A stretch of 32,000 bases of DNA from Rhodobacter capsulatus SB 1003 (GCF_000021865.1 NC_014034.1:1860001-1892000); one strand, 5' to 3'. Numbered from the stretch's first letter, positions 18,367-27,909 are shown. Numbers and translations: made by a program. The notes: generated by a model not told the origin, from the sequence alone.

Positions 18367-18484
18367 CTGCCGGGGGCGGCATTGCGTGCCATTGACTTTG
18401 CCCCCGCCTTGGCAAAGGTTTTGCGCGCAAGGTGCAAAGGGCGCCTTGCGCAAGCCTCATACCGACCCGAGGGAGGGACCATCC

Positions 18485-18691
18485 TTGGCCATTTTCGATC
18501 ATCCCATGCTGCGCCCGCTGCCGATGCGGCTTTTGCCCGTGATCTTTCTTGTCGGCTGGGCCGTGTTCGAGGCGGTGTTCCTGGGCGGCATCCTCTGGCC
18601 GATCCTGTTCATCGGGGCGGCGGCCTATTGCTATTACGTGCTGATCCACACCTACACGCCGCCGGGCGAGAAACCCGGCAAGGACGCCTGA
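18485..18691 (+). CDS. Small two-TM membrane protein, family not recognised (about 61-68 aa)
   Basis: In-frame TTG 18485 lies 6 nt after GGGAGGGA; the alternative start is ATG 18506. Sequence LAIFDHPMLRPLPMRLLPVIFLVGWAVFEAVFLGGILWPILFIGAAAYCYYVLIHTYTPPGEKPGKDA. Bracketed by two terminators. Confidence 0.45.
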   Translation: MAIFDHPMLRPLPMRLLPVIFLVGWAVFEAVFLGGILWPILFIGAAAYCYYVLIHTYTPPGEKPGKDA

Positions 18692-18720
18692 CGCCCGCTT
18701 GCCGCGACATCCGACCGCCG

Positions 18721-18754
18721 AACCCGGCCCCGCCCCGCGGGACCGGGTTTTTGT
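18721..18754 (+). terminator. Rho-independent terminator after the small membrane protein gene
   Basis: aacccggccccgc-cc-cgcgggaccgggtt followed by ttttgt. Confidence 0.7.
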
Positions 18755-18916
18755 GAACCGGGCCGGAAAGACGCGCCGCATCGGACCCGCTCGGGATATC
18801 TGGCCAAGGCGAAGGGGCAGTCGGGTCCGCTTTCCCCCGGCCGAACGATCCGGCAGACGGCGGCGGCAGCGCCCCTCCCCGTTGACCTTTTCGCGCCGCC
18901 CGGCTAGCGGGAGGAC

Positions 18917-20734
18917 ATGGCACGCGCACCTCTTCTTCAGCTTTCCTCGATCTCGCTGACTTTCGGCGGCAATCCCCTTTATGACGGGCTCGACCTGACC
19001 GTGCAGGAGGGCGACCGCGTCGCGCTTGTCGGCCGCAACGGCTCGGGGAAATCGACGCTGATGAAGGTGATGGCGGGGCTGGTCGAGCCCGATCAGGGCG
19101 CCCGCACCGTGCCCAGCGGCACCCGCGTCGGCTATATGGAACAGGAGCCGGACCTCTCGGCCTTTGCGACCTTGGGCGATTATGCCGCCTCGGGGCTTTC
19201 CGAGGCCGAGCGCTACCGTATCGAGATGGTGGCCGAGGGGCTGAAATTCCGTCCTGACGCGCCGGTTGCCACCGCTTCGGGCGGCGAGCGCCGCCGTGCC
19301 GCGCTGGCGAAGCTTCTGGCCGAGGCGCCCGAGCTGATGCTGCTCGACGAGCCGACGAACCATCTGGATGTTCAGGCGATCGGCTGGCTGGAAGACTATC
19401 TGCGCGACACCCGCACGGCCTATGTGCTGATCTCCCACGACCGCGCCTTTTTGCGCCATCTGACGCAGGCGGTTCTGTGGATCGACCGCGGTCAGGTGCG
19501 GCGGCTCGAAAAGGGTTTCGAGCATTTCGAGGACTGGCGCGAGACGCTTTGGGCCGAGGAGGACGAGGCCCGTCACAAGCTGGACCGCAAGATCAAGGCC
19601 GAGGCGAAATGGGCGGTCGAGGGGATCTCGGCACGCCGCAAGCGCAACATGGGCCGGGTCCGCGCGCTGCAGGCGCTGCGGGCCGAACGCGCCGGGCAGA
19701 TCCGGCGGCAGGGCACCGCCCTGATGGAGCTGGAAAGCGGTCCGGCCTCGGGCAAGCGGGTGATCGAGGCGAAGGGGCTGGTCAAGACCTTTGGCGACAA
19801 GGCGATCGTCAGGGGCTTCGATCTGCGCGTGCTGCGCGGCGACCGGGTGGCTTTCGTCGGCCCGAACGGCGTCGGCAAGACGACGCTTCTGAAGATGCTG
19901 ACCGGCGAGCTGGCCCCGGATGCGGGGACGGTCACCCATGGCACCAACCTCGAGATGGCGGTCTTCGATCAGACCCGCGCGACGCTGGATTTCTCGATGA
20001 CGCTGTGGGACGGGCTGGTGAACGATCCCGAGATGCGGGTCTCGGGCCGGTCCGATCAGGTGATGGTGCGCGGCCAGCCCAAGCATGTCGTCGCCTATCT
20101 CAAGGATTTCCTGTTTGACGAAAGCCAGGCCCGCGCGCCGATCGGCTCGCTTTCGGGGGGCGAGAGGGCGCGGCTTTTGCTGGCGCGGATCATGGCGAAA
20201 CCCTCGAACCTGCTGGTGCTGGACGAGCCGACCAACGATCTGGACGTCGAAACCCTGGACCTGCTGCAGGATATTCTGGGCGACTATGACGGCACCGTGC
20301 TTCTGGTCAGCCACGACCGCGATTTCATCGACCGCGTCGCCAGCACCACGATCGCGATGGAGGGCGACGGCCGGGCCACCGTCTATGCGGGCGGCTGGAC
20401 CGATTATCAGGCGCAACGAGCGCTGACCGCCGCCCCCGCCGCCGCCGCGCCGGAAAAGGCCGCGCCGAAAAAGCCCGCCGAGGCCCCGAAGGAGGCGGCG
20501 AAGAAATCCGGCCTGACCTTTACCGAGAAACATCGGCTCGAGGCCCTGCCCGGGATCATCGAGAAGCTCGAACGCGAGATCGGCAAGCTGCATGAATTGC
20601 TGTCGGACCCCGATCTCTTCACCCGCGAGCCGGTGAAATTCGCCAAGGCCTCGGACATGCTGGGGGAACGCGAAGCGGCGCTGGCGGCGGCCGAGGAAGA
20701 ATGGCTGCTGCTGGAGGAAAAGGCCGCCTCCTGA
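18917..20734 (+). CDS. uup: ABC-F family ATPase, Uup-like
   Basis: 605 aa with two ABC cassettes (GRNGSGKST/SGGERRR and GPNGVGKTT/LSGGERARL) and no TM domain. Charged linker and a C-terminal coiled-coil tail (EKHRLEALPGIIEKLEREIGKLHELL). Confidence 0.85.
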   Translation: MARAPLLQLSSISLTFGGNPLYDGLDLTVQEGDRVALVGRNGSGKSTLMKVMAGLVEPDQGARTVPSGTRVGYMEQEPDLSAFATLGDYAASGLSEAERYRIEMVAEGLKFRPDAPVATASGGERRRAALAKLLAEAPELMLLDEPTNHLDVQAIGWLEDYLRDTRTAYVLISHDRAFLRHLTQAVLWIDRGQVRRLEKGFEHFEDWRETLWAEEDEARHKLDRKIKAEAKWAVEGISARRKRNMGRVRALQALRAERAGQIRRQGTALMELESGPASGKRVIEAKGLVKTFGDKAIVRGFDLRVLRGDRVAFVGPNGVGKTTLLKMLTGELAPDAGTVTHGTNLEMAVFDQTRATLDFSMTLWDGLVNDPEMRVSGRSDQVMVRGQPKHVVAYLKDFLFDESQARAPIGSLSGGERARLLLARIMAKPSNLLVLDEPTNDLDVETLDLLQDILGDYDGTVLLVSHDRDFIDRVASTTIAMEGDGRATVYAGGWTDYQAQRALTAAPAAAAPEKAAPKKPAEAPKEAAKKSGLTFTEKHRLEALPGIIEKLEREIGKLHELLSDPDLFTREPVKFAKASDMLGEREAALAAAEEEWLLLEEKAAS

Positions 20735-20817
20735 TCCCGGCCGGATAATCACCGCTGGCTCCGGCACGGGCTCTGTGGGATGCTGGCCGCACCCGTCCCG
20801 TGTCATGTGAGGTCGCG

Positions 20818-21072
20818 ATGAAATACCTTCCGCTGCTGCTGCTTGCGCTTGCTGCCTGTACCGAAGCCACCCCGCCCGCCGACAAACCTGCGGGCCTGGC
20901 CAATCCGGCCTCTGTCTTCTGCGTCGAACAGGGCGGCGAGGTGCTGCTCAACGACATGACCCCGGGCGGCGATGCGACCTGCAAGCTGCCCGATGGCCGC
21001 AAGGTCGGCGAATGGGAATATTTCAACGAACATCACCGCCCCGAGCCCGCGGCACCGGCTGACGCAGCGTAA
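20818..21072 (+). CDS. DUF333-family lipoprotein
   Basis: Trimmed to ATG 20818 (MKYLPLLLLALAAC lipobox), with GAGG 5 nt upstream. Sequence NPASVFCVEQGGEV...CKLPDGRKVGEWEYF. Confidence 0.75.
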   Translation: MKYLPLLLLALAACTEATPPADKPAGLANPASVFCVEQGGEVLLNDMTPGGDATCKLPDGRKVGEWEYFNEHHRPEPAAPADAA

Positions 21073-21111
21073 CGCTTCCCCTTCACCTTGCTGCAAATAT
21101 CCTGCGGGGGT

Positions 21112-21138
21112 CCGGGGGCGCAAAGCCCCCGGCCTTTT
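21112..21138 (+). terminator. Rho-independent terminator after the DUF333 gene
   Basis: ccgggggc-gcaaa-gcccccgg followed by ccttttc. Confidence 0.65.
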
Positions 21139-21151
21139 CACGGGGGATTGC

Positions 21152-22255
21152 ATGACCACGGGCCCACTCACCGGACTGCGCATCGTCGAGATCTCGGGCC
21201 TTGGGCCGACGCCCTTCACCGCGCAGCTGATGGCCGACATGGGGGCCGAGGTGATCCGCATCGCCCGTCCGGGCGCCCGGGGGGCTGCGGCGCATGTGCT
21301 GGGGATGGCGGTCGATCCGCTTGACCGCGGCCGCGACGTGCTGGAGCTGGATCTGAAATCCCCCGCGGATCAGGCGGTTGCGCGTCAGCTGATCCTGCGC
21401 GCCGATGCGCTGATCGAGGGGATGCGGCCCGGCGCGATGGAGCGGCTGGGTCTTGGCCCCGACGCCTTTCCCGAAAACCCGCGGCTGGTTTACGGCCGGA
21501 TGACCGGCTGGGGCCAAAGCGGGCCGCTGGCGCAGACCGCCGGGCATGACATCAATTACATCGCGCTTTCGGGGGCACTTGGCAGCATCGGCACGCCCGA
21601 GACGCCGGTTCTGCCGCTGAACCTTGTCGGCGATTTCGGCGGCGGCGGGCTTTACCTGGCCTTCGGGATGCTGGCGGCGATCCTGCAGGCGCGTGCGACC
21701 GGTCAGGGCCAGGTGGTCGATGCGGCGATCACCGACGGGGTGGCGCATCTGATGGGGATGATTTCGGGGCTGGCGGGGCAGGGGCTCTGGTCGGCGCCGC
21801 GCGGCGGCAATCTGCTCGATGGCGGCGTGCCCTATTACACCACCTATCGCTGCGCCTGTGGCGGGCATTTCGCCATCGGCCCGCTGGAGGATAAGTTCTG
21901 GGCGGAATTTCAGCGCCTTGCGGGGTTCGCCCCGGGCGAGCTGCCCGACCGGAAGGACCGTGCGACCTGGCCCGCCCTGCGCGCGGCGCTGCAGGCGCGG
22001 TTTGCCGAACGCAGCCGGGCAGAGTGGGAGAGGATCTTTGCGGGCTCGGATGCCTGCGCGACGCCGGTGCTGAACCTGCAGGAGGCCGCCGCCCATCCGC
22101 ACAACCGCGCCCGCGGCGCCTATCTGACGCATGAGGGGCTGACCCAGCCCGCCCCGGCGCCGAAGCTTTCGCGCACGCCCGGCGCCATCGGGGCGGGATC
22201 GGCGCAGACCCGGATTTCGGCCGAAACGGCGCTCGCGCGCTGGGGGGCGGATTGA
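21152..22255 (+). CDS. Family III CoA-transferase, alpha-methylacyl-CoA racemase-like
   Basis: Track ORF trimmed to ATG 21152 (MTTGPLTGLRIVEISGLGPTPFTAQLMADMGAEVIRI...). Contains GHDINYIALSGAL, typical of the CaiB/BaiF/AMACR family. Confidence 0.85.
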   Translation: MTTGPLTGLRIVEISGLGPTPFTAQLMADMGAEVIRIARPGARGAAAHVLGMAVDPLDRGRDVLELDLKSPADQAVARQLILRADALIEGMRPGAMERLGLGPDAFPENPRLVYGRMTGWGQSGPLAQTAGHDINYIALSGALGSIGTPETPVLPLNLVGDFGGGGLYLAFGMLAAILQARATGQGQVVDAAITDGVAHLMGMISGLAGQGLWSAPRGGNLLDGGVPYYTTYRCACGGHFAIGPLEDKFWAEFQRLAGFAPGELPDRKDRATWPALRAALQARFAERSRAEWERIFAGSDACATPVLNLQEAAAHPHNRARGAYLTHEGLTQPAPAPKLSRTPGAIGAGSAQTRISAETALARWGAD

Positions 22256-22279
22256 AAAAGGGGGCCGAAGCCCCCTTTG
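22255..22279. terminator. Bidirectional stem-loop between the convergent CoA-transferase and DsbA-like genes
   Basis: aaaaagggggc-cgaa-gcccccttt. The T run is on the minus-strand side (TTTTT) and there is a shorter one on the plus side. Confidence 0.7.
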
Positions 22280-22298
22280 AAAACGCAAGCTGACGCGA

Positions 22299-23045
22299 TC
22301 AGCCGCGTTCGTCGGCGACGATCTGCGCCATCACCTCGGCGGGGGCATAGCCGCGCAAGAGCTGCCCGCCCACCACAAAGGCGGGCGTGCCCGCAATCGC
22401 CATCCGCTCGGCCAGCTGCGCATTCGCCCGCAGCACCGACGTCACCTCTTCGGAGTTCATCTGCGCCAGCACCGCCTTGGCGTCGATCTTCTGCTCCTCG
22501 GCCAGTCGTTGCAGACTGTCGAGCGTGATGTCGCCGCGCACCGCCATCAGCGCGTCATGCACCTTTTCATAGGCCGCGTCGCCCGCCACCTGCCGCGTCG
22601 CCACCGCGAACCGCGCCGCCAGCACCGACTGATCCGACAGGATCGGGAATTCCTTGACCACGAAGCGGATCTTGCCGTCCTTTTTCAGCACCTCGTCGAC
22701 GACCTCATAGGCCTTCTTGCAATAGGTGCATTTGTAATCGATGAATTCGACCATCGTCACGTCGCCTTCCGGGTTGCCGCCAACCCAGTCGCCCGCGAAA
22801 TGAAAGATGTCATCGGCGTTCGTCTGCACCAGGACCTTGTCATTGTCGGCCTGCGCCGCCTGCTGGCGTTCCTCGAGCTTGTTGATCGCCTCGACCAGAA
22901 CCTCGGGGTTTTCCATCAGATAGGCTTTCACCGCCTCGCCGAAGCGGGCCTTGTCCGCGGCACTCATCGCCGAAAGATCCAGCGCGGCGGCGGGCGTGCC
23001 AAGAACGGCGGCCATCGTCAGGGCGGCAAGGGAGAGGTGTTTCAT
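22299..23045 (-). CDS. Periplasmic DsbA-family thiol:disulfide oxidoreductase
   Basis: Signal peptide MKHLSLAALTMAAVLGTPAAA. Thioredoxin-fold active site CTYC. AAGGA lies 5 nt upstream of the ATG. Confidence 0.85.
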   Translation of the reverse strand: MKHLSLAALTMAAVLGTPAAALDLSAMSAADKARFGEAVKAYLMENPEVLVEAINKLEERQQAAQADNDKVLVQTNADDIFHFAGDWVGGNPEGDVTMVEFIDYKCTYCKKAYEVVDEVLKKDGKIRFVVKEFPILSDQSVLAARFAVATRQVAGDAAYEKVHDALMAVRGDITLDSLQRLAEEQKIDAKAVLAQMNSEEVTSVLRANAQLAERMAIAGTPAFVVGGQLLRGYAPAEVMAQIVADERG

Positions 23046-23141
23046 CGTGGTCCTTTCAGGGCCGTATCAGATCGGCGCGAGAGTGGCCAAAGCCCGCCGC
23101 CTGCGCAAGGGAAAAGCAGACCGGCCTTGCCGGTTTCGCCA

Positions 23142-23170
23142 TTGACCCGGGCCGCGCGCGGGCCTATGGC
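23142..23170 (+). promoter_or_regulatory. Candidate sigma-70-type promoter of the aminotransferase gene
   Basis: TTGACC (23142-23147), 17 nt spacer, TATGGC (23165-23170), about 25 nt before ATG 23195. Sequence match only. Confidence 0.3.
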
Positions 23171-23194
23171 CGCCGCCAAACCACGGAGGAAGCG

Positions 23195-24334
23195 ATGCGT
23201 TTTTCGAACCGGGGACAGGTCGATCCCTTCATCGTGATGGATGTGATGGAAGCCGCCCGCGCGGCCGAGGCGGCCGGTCGGCACATCATCCATATGGAGG
23301 TGGGGCAGCCCTCGACGCCTGCGCCCGCTTTGGCGCGGCAGGCGATGGCGGCGGCGCTGGAGCGGGAGAGCCTGGGGTACACGGTGGCGCTTGGCCTGCC
23401 CGAGCTGCGCCGCGGCATCGCCGATCTTTACCGCCGCTGGTACGGCGTCGATCTGAACCCCGATCGGGTGGTGGTCACGCCGGGCTCTTCGGGGGCCTTC
23501 ATCCTGGCCTTTTCGGCGCTCTTCGATGCGGGCGACCGGGTGGCCTTGGGCGCGCCCGGCTATCCGAGCTATCGGCAGATCCTGCGTGCGATGTCGGTGA
23601 CGCCGGTCGATATCCTGACCCGGGCCGAGAACCGCTTCCAGCCCGTGCCGTCCGAGATCCCGGCCGATGTGCAGGGGCTGATCGTCGCCTCGCCCGGCAA
23701 TCCCTCCGGCACGATGCTGGGCCGGGCCGAGCTTGCCGCGCTGATGACGGCCGCGGCCGAGCGCGATCTGGCCTTCGTCTCGGACGAGATCTACCACGGG
23801 CTGCATTACGAGGGCCGCGCGGTCTCGGCGCTGGAAATCGGCGACGAAGCCTGTGTGATCAACTCTTTCTCGAAATATTTCTCCATGACCGGCTGGCGGC
23901 TGGGCTGGATGGTGGTTCCCGAAACCCATATCCGCACCGTCGAGCGGCTGGCGCAGAACCTGTTCATCTGCCCGCCCCACGCGTCGCAAATCGCCGCCCT
24001 TGCCGCGCTGGAGGCGACCGAGGAGCTGGAGGCGAACCGGGCCGTCTATGCGGCGAACCGGGCGCTGATGCTGGACCGGCTGCCGAAGGCGGGCTTCACG
24101 AAAATCGCCCCGCCGGATGGCGCCTTCTATATCTATGCGGACGTGTCCGACCTGACCACGGACAGCCGCGCCTTTGCGGCGGAAGTGCTGGAAAAGGCGG
24201 GGGTTGCCGTCACGCCGGGGCTTGATTTCGACCCGGTGCGGGGCGCCACCACCTTGCGCTTTTCCTATGCCCGGGCGACGGCGGATATCGAGGAAGGCCT
24301 CGACCGGCTCGCCCGTTTCATGGCGAACCGCTGA
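23195..24334 (+). CDS. PLP-dependent class I/II aminotransferase (aspartate aminotransferase-like)
   Basis: 379 aa. PLP-lysine block SFSKYFSMTGWRLGW and GNPSG. GGAGGA lies 4 nt upstream of the ATG. Confidence 0.9.
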   Translation: MRFSNRGQVDPFIVMDVMEAARAAEAAGRHIIHMEVGQPSTPAPALARQAMAAALERESLGYTVALGLPELRRGIADLYRRWYGVDLNPDRVVVTPGSSGAFILAFSALFDAGDRVALGAPGYPSYRQILRAMSVTPVDILTRAENRFQPVPSEIPADVQGLIVASPGNPSGTMLGRAELAALMTAAAERDLAFVSDEIYHGLHYEGRAVSALEIGDEACVINSFSKYFSMTGWRLGWMVVPETHIRTVERLAQNLFICPPHASQIAALAALEATEELEANRAVYAANRALMLDRLPKAGFTKIAPPDGAFYIYADVSDLTTDSRAFAAEVLEKAGVAVTPGLDFDPVRGATTLRFSYARATADIEEGLDRLARFMANR

Positions 24335-24388
24335 GCGGGATTCCCGTGCCGGGGCGCTTGCGCTATAGTGGCGAAAAACGGAGCAGGC

Positions 24389-25606
24389 ATGGCACGGATC
24401 TTCCTCGTTCTCGCGGCGCTTTGGGCGCTGGCGGTCCCCGCATCGGCGCAAGGGCCGCAGCTTTCGGCGCTGGCCCGGCTGGAGCCCGCGCGCACCAGCG
24501 TGGCCCAGCCCTCGGCCTTCGTGACCGAGGTGACGCTGGGCCTGAGCCAGCCGGTGCCATTCCGCGCCTTCCTGCTTGACGCCCCGCCGCGGCTGGTGGT
24601 CGATTTCCGCGAGGTGGATTTTTCCGCCGCCAATCCAAAGGATTACGCGCAAAAGGGGCTTTTGGGCGAAATCCGCTGGGGCGCCTTTCGGCCGGGCTGG
24701 TCGCGCTTTGTCGCCGAGCTGACCGGGCCGGTGCGGCTGGTCTCGGCCGAAGAGCGCACGGGCGAGACGCCGAACCTGCATCTGGTGCTCGAACGGGTCG
24801 AGGCGGCGGATTTCGTCGCCCGTGACGGCGCCGCGCAATCGGCGCTGTGGGATCTGCCGCAGCCTGCGCCCACCGCCGCGCCGCATCGGCGTCAGGACGG
24901 ATCGGCGCCGCTTCGGGTGGTGCTGGACCCGGGGCACGGCGGGCTGGACCCCGGGGCCGAGGCGGATGGCTATTCCGAAGCCGTGCTGGTGCTGACCTTC
25001 GCGCGCGAGCTGAAGGAGGCGCTGACCCGGGCGGGCATCGAGGTGAAGATGACGCGCGAGGAAAACATCTTCGTGCCGCTGGATGCCCGGCTGACGCTGG
25101 CGCATGAGTTCGGCGCCGATCTGTTCCTGTCGCTGCATGCCGATGCCCTGCCCGAGGGCGAGGCGATGGGGGCGACGGTCTATCTGTTCGACGAGACCGC
25201 CTCTGACAGCGCGGCGCAGAAACTGGCCGAGCGGCACGACCGCGCCGATTTGCTCGCGGGGGTCGATCTGGCGGGGCATGACGATGCGGTGGCGGGCGTG
25301 CTGATGGATCTGGCCCGGACCGAGACGCAGCCCCGCGCGGTGCGCTTTGGTCAGGTGCTCTCGGGCGCGATCAAGGGCGAGGGGCTGCGCATGCACCGCC
25401 ATCCGGTGCAGGGGGCGGATTTCGCCGTGCTGCGCTCGCCCGACATTCCCTCGGCGCTGCTGGAACTTGGCTTCATGTCCTCGGACATCGACCGGGCGCG
25501 GCTGCATGACGAGACCTGGCGGACGCAGATGGTGGCGGCGATCACCGCGGGGGTGCAACGCTGGGCCAAGGCCGATGCCGCCGAGGCACGGCTGTTGCGG
25601 CAGTAA
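24389..25606 (+). CDS. N-acetylmuramoyl-L-alanine amidase (Amidase_3) with an N-terminal AMIN-like domain
   Basis: Trimmed to ATG 24389 (MARIFLVLAALWALAVPASA signal peptide). Catalytic blocks VVLDPGHGGLDPGA and LFLSLHADA. Confidence 0.85.
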   Translation: MARIFLVLAALWALAVPASAQGPQLSALARLEPARTSVAQPSAFVTEVTLGLSQPVPFRAFLLDAPPRLVVDFREVDFSAANPKDYAQKGLLGEIRWGAFRPGWSRFVAELTGPVRLVSAEERTGETPNLHLVLERVEAADFVARDGAAQSALWDLPQPAPTAAPHRRQDGSAPLRVVLDPGHGGLDPGAEADGYSEAVLVLTFARELKEALTRAGIEVKMTREENIFVPLDARLTLAHEFGADLFLSLHADALPEGEAMGATVYLFDETASDSAAQKLAERHDRADLLAGVDLAGHDDAVAGVLMDLARTETQPRAVRFGQVLSGAIKGEGLRMHRHPVQGADFAVLRSPDIPSALLELGFMSSDIDRARLHDETWRTQMVAAITAGVQRWAKADAAEARLLRQ

Positions 25607-25734
25607 CCCGGCCCGGGACGGCATCCCTGTTGCAATGCAGCAAATGCATGGCCGAATCGCGCCTGGCGCATGGGTGACGATTTGTCGCGGCCATGCCGTT
25701 GGAATTGCTCAAGTTTTGGGCAGCAACTTTGCGG

Positions 25735-25774
25735 CTGTGCAAAAAGATGTTAACATTTTGCAAGGTTTTGCAAC
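25735..25774. promoter_or_regulatory. Operator-like array upstream of DUF485-actP
   Basis: Inverted repeat TGCAAAA (25738-25744) / TTTTGCA (25757-25763) around the 10-bp palindrome ATGTTAACAT. Also a direct repeat of TTTTGCAA at 25757 and 25767, 10 bp apart. Lies in an AT-rich dip about 130 nt upstream of the operon start. Confidence 0.5.
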
Positions 25775-25898
25775 ATTTTCGACGGGTTTCGGCGGGGGCA
25801 TCGCGGTGGCCGCGCAAGAATCTTTCGCTGCGCTGCCGCGACGCTTTGCAGATCATTAACGCGGCGATACCGAGACCCGTCAAAATGAGGAGGACGGG

Positions 25899-26192
25899 AT
25901 GACACCCATGCATGAGAAGATCCTCGCCAAGCCCGAGTTCAAGGCGCTCGTGGCCCGGCGGAACCGGTTTTCGCTGACCCTGACGGCGCTGATCTGCGCC
26001 GTTTATGTGGCTTACATCGGCTTTGCGATCCTGCGGCCCGCGGCCTTTGCGGCCCCGCTTCTGGGGTCCTGGAGCATCGGGCTGATCGCCGGTTCCGGCG
26101 TGCTGGCGCTGTCCTTCCTTCTGACCGGCCTCTATTCGTACCGCGCCAATGGCGAGTTCGACCGGATGCTGAAATCCGTCCTGCGCAACTGA
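25899..26192 (+). CDS. DUF485 (YjcH-like) small inner-membrane protein
   Basis: 97 aa with two TM segments. AGGAGGA lies 4 nt upstream. Immediately precedes actP, as yjcH does in E. coli. Confidence 0.85.
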   Translation: MTPMHEKILAKPEFKALVARRNRFSLTLTALICAVYVAYIGFAILRPAAFAAPLLGSWSIGLIAGSGVLALSFLLTGLYSYRANGEFDRMLKSVLRN

Positions 26193-26197
26193 GGCCG

Positions 26198-27856
26198 ATG
26201 ATGATCCGTATCCTTCTTGCGGCGGCGCTGGCCGCCATGGCCGGTCCGGCCCTTGCGGCGGGCGAGGCGATTCAAGGCGCGGTGCAGCAGGCGCCGACGA
26301 ACTGGACCGCGATCGCGATGTTCCTGTTCTTTGTCGTGGCCACGCTGATCCTGACCGGCTGGGCGGCGCGGCGCACGAAATCGACCGCCGATTTCTACAC
26401 TGCGGGCGGTGGCATCACCGGCTTTCAGAACGGTCTGGCCATCGCGGGCGATTACATGTCGGCGGCGGCGTTTCTGGGCATTTCCGGCATGGTCTTTGCC
26501 AAGGGCGTCGATGGCGCGATCTATACGGTCGGCTTCACCGTGGGCTGGCCCTTCATCCTGTTCCTGATCGCCGAACGGCTGCGAAATCTGGGCAAGTTCA
26601 CCTTTGCCGACATCACCTCGTTCCGGCTGGAACAGACGCGCATCCGCACGCTCTCGGCGCTTGGCGCGTTGACGGTCGTTGTCTTCTACCTGATCGCGCA
26701 GATGGTGGGGGCGGGCAAGCTGATCCAGCTTTTGTTCGGTCTTCCCTATAGTTACGCGGTGATCCTGGTGGGCGTGCTGATGGTGCTTTACGTCACTTTC
26801 GGCGGCATGCTGGCCACGACCTGGGTGCAGATCGTCAAGGCGGTGATGCTGCTCTCGGGGGCGACGCTGCTGGTGATCCTTGGCCTGGCGCAATTCGGTT
26901 TCTCGCCCGAGCGGCTGATGGCCGATGCGCTGGCCAATCACGCCAAGGGCGCCGCGATCCTGGAGCCGACGCCCTTGGTGACGGATTGGGTGTCGGGCGT
27001 GTCGCTCGCCTTGGCGCTGATGTTCGGTCCGGCCGGTCTGCCGCATATCCTGATGCGCTTCTTCACCGTGCCCGACGCGAAAGAGGCGCGCAAATCGGTC
27101 TTTTATGCGACCGGCTTCGTGGCCTATTTCTTCGTGCTGACGACGACGATCGGTTTCCTTGCGATCACGCTTGTGGGCAAGAATCCCGAGTTTCTGGATG
27201 CCAAGGGCATCATCGGCGGCGGCAACATGGCGGCGATCCATCTGGCGCAGGCGGTGGGCGGGAACATCTTCCTTGGCTTCATCTCGGCGGTGGCTTTCGC
27301 GACCATCCTGGCGGTGGTGTCGGGGCTGGCGCTGTCCGGGGCCTCGGCGGTCGCGCATGATCTTTACGCCAATGTGGTGAAAAAGGGCGCCGCGGCCGAC
27401 AAGGCGGAGATGCGGGTCTCGCGCATCGCGACGCTGGTGCTGGGCGTGCTGGCGATCGTGCTCGGTCTGATGTTCGAGAACCAGAACATCGCCTTCATGG
27501 TCGGTCTGGCCTTCGGCCTGGCGGCTTCGGTGAACTTCCCGGTGCTGTTGCTGTCGATCTTCTGGAAAGGCATGACGACGCGCGGCGCGTTCATCGGCGG
27601 GCTGATCGGGCTGGTGGTGTCGATCGTGCTGGTGGTGCTGGGCCCGGCGGTCTGGGTCGATGTGTTCAAGTTCGACACCCCGATCTTCCCCTGGTCGCAA
27701 TACACGCTGTTCTCGATGGCGACGACCTTCATCGCGATCTGGGCCTTCTCGGTCACCGACACGTCGGCCCGGGCGGCGCGGGACAAGGCGGGCTATGATG
27801 CGCAATTCGTGCGCTCGGAAACCGGGCTTGGCGCCGCGGGGGCGGTGGCGCATTGA
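26198..27856 (+). CDS. actP: Cation/acetate symporter (SSF family)
   Basis: 552 aa, collinear with E. coli ActP as I recall it ([73 protein letters not shown]). Confidence 0.95.
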   Translation: MMIRILLAAALAAMAGPALAAGEAIQGAVQQAPTNWTAIAMFLFFVVATLILTGWAARRTKSTADFYTAGGGITGFQNGLAIAGDYMSAAAFLGISGMVFAKGVDGAIYTVGFTVGWPFILFLIAERLRNLGKFTFADITSFRLEQTRIRTLSALGALTVVVFYLIAQMVGAGKLIQLLFGLPYSYAVILVGVLMVLYVTFGGMLATTWVQIVKAVMLLSGATLLVILGLAQFGFSPERLMADALANHAKGAAILEPTPLVTDWVSGVSLALALMFGPAGLPHILMRFFTVPDAKEARKSVFYATGFVAYFFVLTTTIGFLAITLVGKNPEFLDAKGIIGGGNMAAIHLAQAVGGNIFLGFISAVAFATILAVVSGLALSGASAVAHDLYANVVKKGAAADKAEMRVSRIATLVLGVLAIVLGLMFENQNIAFMVGLAFGLAASVNFPVLLLSIFWKGMTTRGAFIGGLIGLVVSIVLVVLGPAVWVDVFKFDTPIFPWSQYTLFSMATTFIAIWAFSVTDTSARAARDKAGYDAQFVRSETGLGAAGAVAH

Positions 27857-27860
27857 GGTT

Positions 27861-27909
27861 TCGCCTCGGGCCTTGCCCGAGGCGACCCGCGGGGGGCTTC
27901 GCCCCCCGC
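27861..27909 (+). other. Two tandem GC-rich stem-loops directly after the actP stop, followed by a C8A7 homopolymer pair (27911-27925)
   Basis: tcgcctcgggc-ctt-gcccgaggcga (27861-27885) and gcggggggc-ttc-gccccccgc (27889-27909). There is no U tract on the + strand. Confidence 0.6.

Noticed and set aside
18882-18917. TTGACC-N16-CTAGCG immediately before the uup ATG, hinting at a leaderless transcript (the GGGAGG is only 2 nt from the ATG)
   Set aside because: The -10-like hexamer is weak and the idea rests on spacing alone. It cannot be supported without transcription-start data.
25646-25696. 9-bp inverted repeat GCATGGCCG ... CGGCCATGC separated by 33 nt, downstream of the amidase gene
   Set aside because: It has a long loop, no U tract, and GC-rich arms that can arise by chance in this composition. 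This is not enough to call a terminator or RNA element.
25717-25733. Sigma-54-like element TGGGCAG-caact-TTGCG (GG 25719-25720, GC 25731-25732, correct 10-nt spacing) upstream of DUF485-actP
   Set aside because: It matches only the GG/GC core and spacing, and the -24 element deviates from TGGCAC. No enhancer-binding protein gene is nearby. In Rhodobacter-type organisms, RpoN use is, as far as I know, largely nif-centred. It is kept only as a note inside the actP leader finding.
25542-25913. ORFs 25542..25913 (-) and 25693..25902 (+) inside the amidase/actP intergenic region
   Set aside because: They lie in the AT-rich regulatory stretch, have atypical codon usage for this genome (low GC3), lack Shine-Dalgarno sequences, and have Cys/Arg/Lys-rich translations with no recognisable family.
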